A stretch of DNA of 63,539 nucleotides, filler included, from Vannella sp. (lineage: Eukaryota), in NCBI GenBank assembly GCA_023345925.1. It is 7 parts of 7 records of this genome, joined end to end, with 100 filler letters (N's around TTAATTAATTAA, not from the genome) between each part and the next. Parts side by side here need not be neighbours in the genome. Positions count along the whole stretch, not along the records: positions 22,776 to 42,168 come from JAJQQN010001357.1; 6 more parts are not named here. One strand, written 5' to 3'. Of this stretch, positions 24,151-35,361 are shown in pieces (positions within the stretch are counted from its first letter, which is position 1; each line of letters begins with the position of its first letter). A model generated the notes under the pieces. It was not told the DNA's origin, ran no database searches, and saw only the letters and a program-made list of their open reading frames with translations. The position numbers and the translations under genes are program-made.

Positions 24151-25563
24151 TCAGTGGCCCTTTGCAACCTGACTGACATCCAGAACGTGATCAGCTTGCA
24201 TTGTATGAGCTGAAGACGCTGCATGGGCCAGAAGGAGCTGGACAGCAGCCATGGTGAGGGGACTGGGATGATAGCGACTTCCAGAGCTTGCAGCAAAGCG
24301 TCCAAAGACGGTTGCTGCATGATCTATGTCGTTGAGGAAGACTACCATACCACCAGGGATGATACAGTCCTTAGGGACGACAAGGCCGCCAGTGGGGATC
24401 CCCGCGAGCTTTTTCAGCTTCTTCACGTTGAATGGGAGCACCTCTTCTTCTTCAACGGGCACACTTATGATGCTCAAGATAGGTATCGTCTCTTCGCGCG
24501 CGTGGAATGGATAGAGCGCGAGGAAACTCCTTCTCTCTGTGTAGCTCAGATCGTTCATGGCCCTGCAAGATTCAAACCGATCCAAAGAGCCAATAGACGT
24601 TGTATAAGGAGTACCAGAGTAAGGAGATTGGATACAAATGCATCCAGCAATGAGCTTGTCCTCTAAGAGGCGGTTCTCCCGGAATGCGAGGGCGCTTATG
24701 CAGTCCACACCCCCTTTTGAGTGTCCAATGAGTATCACTCTCTTTCCTCTATGTCCAGGCTGCGCTAAGATGCTCCGAACCTCTCCTTCGATGGCCACAG
24801 CGTTGTGCATGACGCCTGCGAGAGAACTGACTTGCTGGCTTAGGACAGTGCTGATCCCTGCGGCCTCAAACGGTCTCATGTTATGTTTGAAGTATCCTGT
24901 CAGTGACTTGTAAGCTCCATTGAACAGCCCTGGCACGAAGAGTAGAACGTATTGGTCCTTCCAGTGAGTGGGAGGGGCAGTTGGGCGGTCCAGATACTCT
25001 TCAAAGGAACGAGTGGAGTCACAATACACTGGTTGAGGTCCCTTCTTCTCTTCTTCCTTGAGCAGCCACCCAACATACCTCCTATTCGGGAGAGAATGGC
25101 TGTCCAAGGGTAAAACGGCGTCTGTCTCTTGCTTTGGTCTGACTTGTTGAGAGAGAGTCCTCTGGATGAGATACTGCATGTTTGTATCGAAGTGCAAACC
25201 ACTAACAGCGCGAGGAAGGAGAAAGAGGAAGCCAAAGTCGAGGAAGATCAAGTTGAGATAGGTTTCAACCTCTCTCCTGAACACTTCCAGCCTTGTTGCA
25301 TCCCTTCGATGAAAGAGAGCGAGTGGTCGAGGCAAGAAAGGAGAACTTCGAGGGTTCAACCGCCTCCTGCTCCTGGGACTGAGCCCCTCAAGAGCGGGCA
25401 CGAAGACTTGGCGATGCACCTCTCGCAAGGTCTCGTACGTCAACGAACTTGAACCTTGCACGCTAGAGTCTACTCCACGTGGTGACTGGTCACCTCGCAA
25501 AGGCATAAAGTCCACCAGAAGGCGATCCGCCCGCTTCCCCAGCTGCACCTCAAAAGGAGGCAT
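24151..25563 (-). CDS. Alpha/beta hydrolase (lipase-like GHSKGG) with a putative N-terminal PX-like domain
   Basis: Motifs LFVPGLF, LIGHSKGGVD, QSPYSGTP, IDH. Intronless, 470 aa. Confidence 0.85.
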   Translation of the reverse strand: MPPFEVQLGKRADRLLVDFMPLRGDQSPRGVDSSVQGSSSLTYETLREVHRQVFVPALEGLSPRSRRRLNPRSSPFLPRPLALFHRRDATRLEVFRREVETYLNLIFLDFGFLFLLPRAVSGLHFDTNMQYLIQRTLSQQVRPKQETDAVLPLDSHSLPNRRYVGWLLKEEEKKGPQPVYCDSTRSFEEYLDRPTAPPTHWKDQYVLLFVPGLFNGAYKSLTGYFKHNMRPFEAAGISTVLSQQVSSLAGVMHNAVAIEGEVRSILAQPGHRGKRVILIGHSKGGVDCISALAFRENRLLEDKLIAGCICIQSPYSGTPYTTSIGSLDRFESCRAMNDLSYTERRSFLALYPFHAREETIPILSIISVPVEEEEVLPFNVKKLKKLAGIPTGGLVVPKDCIIPGGMVVFLNDIDHAATVFGRFAASSGSRYHPSPLTMAAVQLLLAHAASSAHTMQADHVLDVSQVAKGH

Positions 25564-25707
25564 TCAATAATGGGATGCGTTCCCGTACCCTTGCCCCTTT
25601 CTTGGCCTCCAGTGTTCAGTAAGATCTTCGCCTCTCCCACGCCCGAATGAGTTGGATAAGAGTGTTTCACTGGTTTGCTCAATAACAGCGTTGTGGAGAG
25701 TACATTA

Positions 25708-28700
25708 TCATGTATTTGGTGGACTGGCCTTTTTGGAGGGCCGCGCTGTGACTATTCCCTGGGGAAGGTTAGAGGGAGGTAAATGGGAAGGTGAGAGTAC
25801 GTACAGGTCCTTCAAGCAACACTCCCGTGGCTCCCGTTTCAGTGAGATGTTGTAAAGGGAGAACTCCTCCACAAGAGGGAACTCTCGAGTGAAGGAAAGC
25901 TCTATGGGAGAGATAGAAAAGTCGTAAGAGAGGCCTTGCCACTGAAGCAGCCCCCGGATGAGCTTGGACACCAATCTCTGCTTCCCAAAGTTGATTCTTC
26001 CGTCTGGAAGATAAGTCGCATTCCCGTCTTCTGTGTAGACTAAGTCTGTCAATGTGATCCCGCTACCATTGGAATGAGTACAAGTCTTGATATGTCACTC
26101 CACCCACATGTATGGCACTGCCACAGTACCGGTGACAGAGATTGTCTGACGGTACGTCTTCCAGGATGAGATGACGTTGAAGAGGTCTTTGAGTTGCTCA
26201 AGTACAGGCTTCAACTTCTTCTTGACTCCTTCAAAGGTGAACTTCATCCGCACCACACCAGAGATTTCCAGTCCTCCGTAGATTCCCATCAACGCATGGA
26301 AGTTATTGTACGTTAGGAGGTACTATTTGGCCGTTAGTAGAGACTTGTGACTCGTGCTGATGTACCTTTGCCATGAGAAGGACCCGTTCAAGCACTTCTA
26401 TTCGCTGCTTCAAGGTGGTGGGCCACACAATCATAGCGGCAATCCAAGTGGCAAATCGATTCAGTCTCGAAACCATTTGATTGACATTAACTGAGCGGTG
26501 CTTGAGCTTGGGAGTGCACCAGGCATTCTGCAAGAGCTCCAAAGGCTGCCTTTCTGTGAGACAATGCGAAGAAGTCCACTTGATGCCTTACTCTAATCTT
26601 TTCATAAAGACGATAGTCCACCAGAGTGATCATTTGGGCGAGTTTCTGAGGGTCCATGGAGAGGAATTGGAAGGTAGAGTCATTCTGCGGTGTTTTAATC
26701 TGGTTCCACGGGAAGTGGAGGTAAAGAGACTCTTCTCGCCTCGACTCCTGGAGAGAAAGGATTGCTTGTTCTACTGTTGGCCCAATTCCTGCGGCAGAGC
26801 CATCCAACTTCTCAGTTGCAAGGAACTTCTTAACGCGCTCAATCATTGCGTCATCAAAGTCCTCCCCCTGCATCCCAAGGGTTAGCAGGACAGCCTATTT
26901 CTGTGGTGAGTCTCTTACGCAGACTTTGATCATTTCTCGGATAGCCAAGATTGCTCGGAACTGAATCCGCTCTCTTTCAGCTCCCCACTCGGGAGGAACG
27001 TGGAAACGGTCAATCAGCTTGTGAAGTAGTGTTTGGGGCTGGACAAAGCTGCGGTAAGTCAAGAAGAAAACCGCATTGAATTCAGATTCCACTACCACCG
27101 GGTCTGTCAGAGCCTCCACAAGACTATTCAAGCTTGCCTTTGTCACTAGTTTGGGAGATTCTACATCAAACTTGTTGCGAGTGCGGGTTTCTTCCCACAA
27201 CGGGGGGGAACGATCAACCTGCAAGGTTTCCTGGGAAGGATCCTTCTGGAGGAGTACAATGCTCTGCTGGACTTTCAAATAATCAACTAGGAGGGCATGA
27301 AGTCGTTGGAGGCAGGTCTGCAAGAACAGGAAAGGCTGCTGAACAGTGTTTGTCTGAATCTGATTGAAAAGAGACATGATTTGGGTGCTGATTGCCAAAA
27401 GTAGCAACCCTGACTCTCTCAAATGAGCATAACATTGCTGAAGCACACAATGCAACCCGTCCGAACGGCACCCAAGAAAGATTGCTGTGTCAGGAGTGAT
27501 CTCCAAAGGCTTTGAGAGGGTCATGTAGTTCTGCTCTACCAGCTGGACCTCATGTTTGTCCACTTGGGAAGGAGGTAATTGAGAGATTCGCATTCCAGAC
27601 GCCCACATGTTGCAGTCAATGAGGATTCTGAAGACTTCCTCAGCCTTTGTCTGATTCGCCCGAACAACAGTGGGACTAATAGCCTCAACAGCATTAGAAC
27701 TAAAGTACGAGATCACAGAGAAGAAGCTTTTGAGCTGCATGGGGATTTGCGAGGCAGATGGGAGAGAATGGCCTTGGGTACTTTCTCTATAAGTCGCCTT
27801 CCTCTGCACATCAAGCTCGTCCACATCCTCCGAAGCGTTATCCGGTAGATTAAGGAACAAATGAAGCTCTTTGGACTTCTCGTCGCGCATGGTAATAGTC
27901 GCCTTATCCACACCTTCAGGAAACGACGGTTTCCGTACAAGATTCGGTGCCACTTTGGGCTTGCTTGTCCGACGACCAGATGACCTTCGAGTGACTGATG
28001 CCGAAGAGTCTGAGCCACCCTCTTTGCCCCCAGAAGAAGCCCGGTCTTTGTCCTTCGAAGACGACTTTTTCTTGCGCAAGAGAGTGTCAGAAGACTCGCT
28101 CAGAATCTCTGAATCGCTCTCATACGACCGTGGGGAGGTCAGGGAAGCCAGCTCTTGAGCTGCCTGACCCGATTCATCGACATGAGAAGCCTCCATGTTG
28201 TAGTACTGGAGGTGGTCAGTGTTGGGGATCAAATGAATGACGTCATTCAGTATTTTGGAGGAGTCTTCGGTGTTACTGGACCACTTAGCCCGGAACCCGG
28301 GCACATCTGTGCAAAGGATACGAATGATTCCGTTCGCAATCACTTCTTTCTCGAGCAAGAGGATGTACTGGAAGGTTTTGTGCGCGTTCTTTGATAGACC
28401 AGCATGAGTTCGAGCAGAGTACCGCTCCACCTTCCCCGAATAGGCTCGCAAGACGGCATACACGAGAGTTTCCTCCAAGGCAGTGAAGAGCTGCTCCATT
28501 GTCTCGCTTTGGAAGCGGGTTTGGTTCGTCCCGTCGCTGTCAGAGTCGTACGCAGCGTCCAGAGACATTATGAAGACGTCTGTAGCCTGTTGAAGTGTGT
28601 CTTGTGACTCGTCCACGCCTCGTTCACGAGAAGCGGCGAGTAATCGCTTCACAGATTGGTTGAAGGTGCCTACTGTAGCACCCTTCTCCCCTTTCCTGAG

Positions 28701-29209
28701 TATGTTCGCTCTCTCCGATACATCCTGAGTGAGTTGAAGTAAGGAGAGCTGTTCAGGTGAAAGAGAGGCCGAGTTGGATCCAGTAACAAGGTAAAGAGTG
28801 ACAATCAGGCGGAGTAGAGCCACGTAGAGCTCCTCCAACCTTCGTGCTCCTTCTTGCTTCGCCATGAACGACTCTGGGTTGCTGATGGATGACTTGGCGG
28901 CTTGCAAAAGGCCCACCACCAACGCCTCCATACGGCTGGCGGTGGAGCAGACAAAGCCATGGAGCAAGTCGCCATAAGGATCGTACACGTTCTCTCGTTG
29001 AACCTACCTTGTGTTAAAGGCTGCCAGCCACCCATGGAAGCACTTACTCTATCAGAAAGGGACGAGGCTGTTAGTGCAAGCTCCCGCGTGAGGCGCGAAT
29101 AGAACCGCTTCGTTCCTGGACCAATATGCGAAACGCGTATGGCCACCAACAGTAACTTCCTGGTCTGAACCACCGACCGGGAGAAACGGCGAGTCGGCAT
29201 CCCGCTCAT
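25708..29209 (-). CDS. Ras guanine-nucleotide exchange factor (REM + CDC25 domain)
   Basis: REM motifs ASLNSLVEALT...FFLTYRSF; CDC25 motifs LAQMITL, NNFHALMGI, ITLTDLVYTEDGN...INFGK. Multi-exon; start approximate. Confidence 0.9.
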
Positions 29210-29371
29210 CGCCTGTTTGGTGCAATAAAACTGGCTTCCGGTCCAACAATTCATTTAAAATTCTCTGAGAAATAATAATTTGGGGACGACCAATTTCGTG
29301 GTGTGTAGACGAGAATTTACCATTTCCTGGAAGAGAACTGGCGATCAGTCATTTTCCAAACCCTCTGGGAG

Positions 29372-29899
29372 ATGAGCAACCCCAAAGTCTTCTTTGACAT
29401 CACTATTGGTGGCGCCCGTAAGGGTCGTGTCGTTATGAAGTTGTTCAAGGACGTCGTTCCTAAGACAGCGGAGAACTTCCGCGCGCTTTGCACGGGAGAG
29501 AAGGGAGTTGGTCAGCAGGGCAAACCTCTTTCCTACAAAGGCTCCGCCTTCCACCGTGTGATCCCCCAATTCATGTGCCAAGGTGGTGACTTCACCAGAG
29601 GAAACGGAACTGGTGGAGAGTCCATCTACGGCATGAAGTTTGCGGACGAGAACTTCACCCTCAAGCACACCAAGCCTTACCTGCTCTCGATGGCCAACGC
29701 TGGTCCTGGAACTAATGGATCCCAGTTCTTTATCACAACCACCAAGACTCCTTGGTTGGATAACAAGCACGTCGTGTTCGGCGAGGTGATCGAAGGCTCC
29801 CAGATCATTGATGATATCGAGAGGAACCCCACTGGGTCCCAAGACAAGCCAGTCAAAGCTGTCGTGATCGAGGACTGCGGAGAGTTGCCAAAGGAATAA
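29372..29899 (+). CDS. PPIA: Cyclophilin A-type peptidyl-prolyl isomerase
   Basis: Motifs [56 protein letters not shown]. Single exon. Confidence 0.98.
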   Translation: MSNPKVFFDITIGGARKGRVVMKLFKDVVPKTAENFRALCTGEKGVGQQGKPLSYKGSAFHRVIPQFMCQGGDFTRGNGTGGESIYGMKFADENFTLKHTKPYLLSMANAGPGTNGSQFFITTTKTPWLDNKHVVFGEVIEGSQIIDDIERNPTGSQDKPVKAVVIEDCGELPKE

Positions 29900-30046
29900 A
29901 CTGGATGCTTCTGATGGTCACACTGGCCAGCGGAGTTCTCTTGTGACTTACACTCTGAATGGTTACTGGCTTAGCTTCTCTACAACAGGATCCGATGAGG
30001 CGAACTGGCCATTTTCCCGCAGTCATTTCCCCTTGAGCTAGTGCCG

Positions 30047-31852
30047 ATGGCGGCTAAACAGGAGGACGTGGACATGCAGGATGCCCAAGAGAAGAAACCC
30101 ACGATGGAGGACCGTCTGAGGATGTCCTTGACCTCCATTGCTTCCACAAAGGGGGAAGAGGAGAAGGAAGAGGAGATTTCAGCTGCGGAAGCGCGTGCCT
30201 TGGTAGTTTCCCGTATGGGCCATTTTCCTTTCATTGAGAGAAGGACTTATCATTGCCCCAATAGATCTCACGGCCAATATCGCCCTTTGCGAGAAGACAG
30301 CACAAACAAAGGAGATCCGTTTTGTCCTCCGTGCTCTTCGTCGCAACTCCTCTCTTCGCAAGCGAATTAGCAAAGATGTACTTATTGAGTTCGTCCAAGC
30401 CCTGTTCCCCAACAACAGCCTGCAAAAGGAGAACCTCCTCAACTTCATCAACAGCGTAAGTTCCATAAGATGTTCAAGAAGGGACTGACGGGTGTCTACT
30501 TGAAGGTACCTGATCCCTTAGAGATCCTTGATTCGCCCATGGTTGAGAACGAGGCGCCTGTTGCTGTCGAGGAACCAAAAGCGATTTCAGCAGAGGTGGA
30601 GATTTACATGTCTTTGTTAGTTCTCATCTTCCTTGTTGACCAGCACCAGTATGATTTGGTACTTACTTCTCCCCTTGCCTCTTCTCCCACTCACCAATCA
30701 ACAGGCAACCGACTTCTCGGCTGGGTTGGTGGACGCACTCAAGCGAGAGAACTTCAACATTCGCACGCTAGATCCTCTTCGTGCGAAGGTGTTCTTCTAC
30801 TACTCGCGCAGCTTTGAGCTCCGCAAGAAGCTGGACGTTATTCGAGGGTAAGCAACTGTCTTGAAGACCGAATGGTTCTGATGAAAGAAGGGAGCTATTG
30901 GCTGCCTATCGCACTGCGTCACTGCGCCGTGATGCAATCACACAGTCAAGTGTGCTGAATCTGCTGTTGCGCAACTACCTCGAGTACAACCTGTTCGATC
31001 AAGCAGACAAGCTCGTATCAAACATTGGGGACGCTAGTGAGATTGCCTCGTCCAGTAATCAGCATGCTCGCTTCCTGTATTACACAGGCCGCATCAAAGC
31101 GATTCAGTTGGAGTATTCAGAGGCAAGCAAGCGTCTTTCAGAGGCTCTCCGTAAGGCACCTCAAAACACCTGCCTCGGGTTCAGGCGAACTACTCAGAAG
31201 TTGCTCTGCATCGTCCAGCTACTAACGGGAGAGATTCCTGAGATCTCCGTCTTCCGCCAGAACGGCATGAAGAGCGCTTTGGCGCCTTACTTCGAGTTGA
31301 CCAAGGCGGTTCGAGTGGGTGACCTTGTGGCCTTCCAAGAGGCTGTAAGGACATATCGCGATTCCTTCGTGGCCGACCAGACCTTCACTTTGATTCAACG
31401 GTACGCGCCTTCTCATACCATGCTTGAATGCTGACCAAATCAACAGGCTGCGACGAAACGTGATCAAAACAGGCCTGCGGAAGATCAACGTCGCCTACTC
31501 ACGCATCTCCCTCCAGGCAATCTGTGAGAAGCTCCACTTGGAGAGTGTGGAGGACACAGAGTTCATTGTGGCCAAAGCCATCAAGGATCGAGTGATTGAA
31601 GCCACCATTGATCATGACAATGGCTACCTCAAGTCCTCTGAGACTCGCGATATCTACTCCACGCAAGAGCCCTTGGAAGCCTTCCACAAGCGTATCAACT
31701 TCTGCCTTAACATCCACAACGACGCTGTGGTAGCCATGCGCTATCCCACCAAAGCCCGAACCGAGACCGACGAGGAGCGCCAAGATCGCATCCGCATTGG
31801 ACAGGAGCTGGAAGACTACGACGAAGAGGACGAACTGGACTTCCTCGACTAA
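30047..31852 (+). CDS. PSMD3: 26S proteasome regulatory subunit RPN3
   Basis: Motifs [54 protein letters not shown]. Five short introns. Confidence 0.96.
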
Positions 31853-32128
31853 TCTGACAACTCAAACTAGTGAAATACACCAAAACAAGGATCCCAGTCT
31901 TCCCCAGAGAACTCTTCGCATCTCAGAAGTCCCACTCCGATGCTCTTCCCCAGAAGGCTTCTGAGTAGGATTCTCCCATTATTTCTCGCGTCAGCAGCGA
32001 AGGAAAGCGGGTGGCGTTGATATTCAACGACCCGAATTGGGTACAGCGAGCGGATTGGAAGGGCCAATCAGAATTCGAAGACTTCCGCCATTCACTGGAA
32101 GCCTTCCACCACCAACACTGGATCGCTC

Positions 32129-35100
32129 ATGGGCGACTTCATCAAGGGCCATAGCTGGGCTCAGAATAAGCTCCTCTTTGCGGCGCCAAAGCGGACTTAC
32201 ACTTTGGACATGTTTCGCCGCAAACACCTCATTTGGTTGCCTCAGGATGCTCGTAGTCTCCTTCCTTGTCTCTTCATCTCTCCTCGAAGAGCTAACAAGG
32301 AGCCATGTTCACACAAAGGGCACACTGGTTCAGTTCTGGCTCCTACAGAGCAACTCGACCAAGCTTCTTCGACGATCTGCGTCGTTTCCACGATCCCAGA
32401 GCCTCCTGCTATCTCTGATCCGCTAGATGATATCATATGCCAGTTCCCACAAGGAAGCTACCTCTTCATCTATGCCAAGAGTAGCCACATGGACTTGGGT
32501 AGCTCCTATGAGTTCTGCAAGAGTCTGGCCAAGCGTCTGGGCTGCTACGTGCTTTGCTTTGAGTACACAGGCTTCGGATACGCTCTCTACAAGGGGGAGA
32601 AGCCCACTCCAACAGAGGCATCCACTCAACGGGACATGCGAGCCGCTTACAACTTTGTTCGCCAGGTTCTGGACTGGCCAGCGGAGCGAATCATCCTCTT
32701 AGGAGAAGCTATTGGCTGTGGAGTAGCGTCGTACGGCGCAGCTTATGCCATGAGGGAGTTGAAGGAGAAGGTGGGAGGAGTTGCTCTAATCTCGGCCTTC
32801 ACGTGCGTGGAAGACATCGTCAAGGCTCGATCACGCCCTATGGGAACTCTGATCATCAACCGCTTCAACAACAGCAAGTTCTTGAAGCATAGCCAGTCAC
32901 CTTTGCTGATTATCCATGGAGAGCACGATCAGGACTTTCCCGTGGCACTCTCGCAGAAGCTAATGGACTCGTACAAAGGGCACTTTATCAGGAAGCTGCA
33001 CATTGCTCGCAACCGCGGACACCATCTCGTCGAGAATTCGGATGTTCTCGAGCCCATTGCTCGGTTCCTGCTAGATTTGGAGCAGATGCTCAGCGTCATG
33101 GACGTTGACGTTCCGCCAGCTCCTCGCATTCGTATTCCTGAACGGATAAGAGCTATTCCTTCCGAGTTTGTCCGTACGACGATGCCGGATTCAGTTATCC
33201 AGTCCATTCGAGGCATCACAGCGGCGGGAATGAGCACAGTGGAGAAGAAGGTCTCTGGGAAAGCAACTACTTTGGAAGAGGAGACTGTGCGCTTGGTGAA
33301 CCATGACCAGATTCGGGATTATCTCGCCATCCGGATTACCAAGTTCTGCCGTGCGTTGGCCGGAAACTATTACGCTCGTACCCATGGCCTCACAGATAAG
33401 TTGAGACCGGATTCTTCTGGAGGCACTCGAACATCAGCTGAGTTTCCCTCCTCTTCTACGAAGACCACGGGAACTCCAAACGGCTTACGGCGTTCCGGTT
33501 CCTTTATTCCAGACGCCATTTCTACTCCAGTGACTAGTTTAAGTGACCGCAGTCCCTTCATTGCGGATGAAGTTCCGTTGAAACGAGGAGCAGCGTCGTT
33601 TAATCCAAAAAAGAAAAGGATCCGGTCTTTCCGGTCTCAATCAAACGATCTCAACCTCCAATTACCGCCAGACAGTGTGCGGGATAACTCTGCTGAGGAC
33701 AGTTCGAGTGACCGTTCCGTGCGAAAGTCATCTCCATCCAGTTCAATAAGTGTTGAAAAGCTCTCTACGGGTACAGAGATCTCCAAGATAGAGGAGCCTG
33801 TACCGCTGAATTCTTTTGATTCGCAAAGCACAGCTTCTGCTGCAATCCCATTTGAGACTCAGATGTTGAAGGATGTTGCAGTCACTTCTGCAAGTCTCCC
33901 CAAGATTGGTCATCGGAGACTGATGTCTCGTGGCCAAGCGGCTGCTCTGCCTGCTGTTGTCCATCTAGCTGCGAGTCCCGAGGGAAGTAAATCAGTGGTA
34001 TCTTCTCCAATGGAGAAGCGTCGCCGGCCAGGACATCAACGTAACCGTTCCACTGCAGCGTCATTTTTCTCGATGGTGACCGGATCCTCTTCCATACCGA
34101 AACCAAAACAGGCTAAAAGCGATGGTTCGGAAGTGGCAAAGCAAAAGCTCGCTACCTCTGGGAAACTAAGTTCCAGAGATCACAAGTTAGTTATTGAACG
34201 GATGGAATCAAAGCCTGTGGATCCTGCGGTACTCGTAGACTCCCCGTGGAATCCCGCCTCCCTCTCAACAGCTTCTTCGCGAGACAGCGTTATCTCTCAT
34301 AACTCCCGAAGGGAGCTCCAAGCCTGGGTGGAGGGGCAATATTGGTTCTATTCCCCCCTTCTTGACACTTACATGGAAATAGAACAACTCCATGTCCCCA
34401 TCGGACCCGGTCCAATCCCAATTATTGTGGGCGCTGGTTTGAAAGTCCTCAAGACTGCACCTTTCGGTCTCTTGCACACTCAAATACGTCTTGGTGGCTT
34501 GCTTTACTCCTGGGACCGCATGTCTCGGGCAGCGCCCAAAGAGTACAACTTTAAACATGTGTATAATGTCAAGAAGACTCGAGCGCGCATTCCTGTCCAA
34601 TTCGCTCAAGTACCAAGCGAGTTTTTCTCCATTCTTGCCGAATGGTTGCGAACTTCTCTCACTGTTGACTTGCCATTTAATCAGTTTCACGAAATCTTGG
34701 AAAGACGATTGGGAGACGTTGTTCCTCAGCTTTTGGACATCGCTGTGCCGCTTTACTGTCCTATTGCACGTCCTCACAAGTCTGAAATGGAGCTTTGTAG
34801 TAAGATGGAGGTGCTCAGTAAGATTGCTCTCAAATGGCAGAAGGATTATTACTACCAGCCAGCCTTTAGTAACTGCCAAGACTACTTTATCTTGGTCTGT
34901 GCTGCCTTGCAACTAACTATCCCTGGAGATTCTTACAAGGACGTGCTACGAGCAGCAGCGAGCATCTATCACAATGAAGAGAGCCAAACAACACTCTTTA
35001 AGGGTTCTCCGTACTCAAAGGAGATGCACTCTCATGTGAATAGTATCTGGCGAGGTAAAACAGTGATGGCCCCAAGCTTCGGCTCTGTAGAAGCCTTCCT

Positions 35101-35272
35101 TGATCAGTACCCCAAAGGCCTCAAAATAGCCAATCCTGACTATGTTGTCATGGCCACACAGTGGTACCTTCAAACACACCCACACTACACCGAGGAGCTT
35201 TGTGAGATCCTCACCCGCGCCTGTCGAGAATTCCGGCGCACTGTTAAATCAAAGAGTAAGAATGCCAATTAG
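32129..35272 (+). CDS. ABHD17-like pseudo-hydrolase + low-complexity linker + putative permuted papain-like domain
   Basis: Intronless, 1047 aa. Motifs EYTGFG, IILLGEAIG, IIHGEHD, RGHH; C-terminal GLLHTQIRLGG...YQPAFSNCQDY. Confidence 0.85.
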   Translation: MGDFIKGHSWAQNKLLFAAPKRTYTLDMFRRKHLIWLPQDARSLLPCLFISPRRANKEPCSHKGHTGSVLAPTEQLDQASSTICVVSTIPEPPAISDPLDDIICQFPQGSYLFIYAKSSHMDLGSSYEFCKSLAKRLGCYVLCFEYTGFGYALYKGEKPTPTEASTQRDMRAAYNFVRQVLDWPAERIILLGEAIGCGVASYGAAYAMRELKEKVGGVALISAFTCVEDIVKARSRPMGTLIINRFNNSKFLKHSQSPLLIIHGEHDQDFPVALSQKLMDSYKGHFIRKLHIARNRGHHLVENSDVLEPIARFLLDLEQMLSVMDVDVPPAPRIRIPERIRAIPSEFVRTTMPDSVIQSIRGITAAGMSTVEKKVSGKATTLEEETVRLVNHDQIRDYLAIRITKFCRALAGNYYARTHGLTDKLRPDSSGGTRTSAEFPSSSTKTTGTPNGLRRSGSFIPDAISTPVTSLSDRSPFIADEVPLKRGAASFNPKKKRIRSFRSQSNDLNLQLPPDSVRDNSAEDSSSDRSVRKSSPSSSISVEKLSTGTEISKIEEPVPLNSFDSQSTASAAIPFETQMLKDVAVTSASLPKIGHRRLMSRGQAAALPAVVHLAASPEGSKSVVSSPMEKRRRPGHQRNRSTAASFFSMVTGSSSIPKPKQAKSDGSEVAKQKLATSGKLSSRDHKLVIERMESKPVDPAVLVDSPWNPASLSTASSRDSVISHNSRRELQAWVEGQYWFYSPLLDTYMEIEQLHVPIGPGPIPIIVGAGLKVLKTAPFGLLHTQIRLGGLLYSWDRMSRAAPKEYNFKHVYNVKKTRARIPVQFAQVPSEFFSILAEWLRTSLTVDLPFNQFHEILERRLGDVVPQLLDIAVPLYCPIARPHKSEMELCSKMEVLSKIALKWQKDYYYQPAFSNCQDYFILVCAALQLTIPGDSYKDVLRAAASIYHNEESQTTLFKGSPYSKEMHSHVNSIWRGKTVMAPSFGSVEAFLDQYPKGLKIANPDYVVMATQWYLQTHPHYTEELCEILTRACREFRRTVKSKSKNAN

Positions 35273-35361
35273 GTTAGGTTGGCATCCTTATCGCGAGAAT
35301 GTGTAATAAATGAAGAGTTTATTGATGCGACGACAACGCGCCGGAATCCAGAACGCATCGT

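Noticed and set aside
29900..30040. Structured RNA or SECIS between cyclophilin and PSMD3
   Set aside because: Only a 6-bp GTCACA/TGTGAC stem is present, with no SECIS core and no in-frame TGA in the neighbouring genes.
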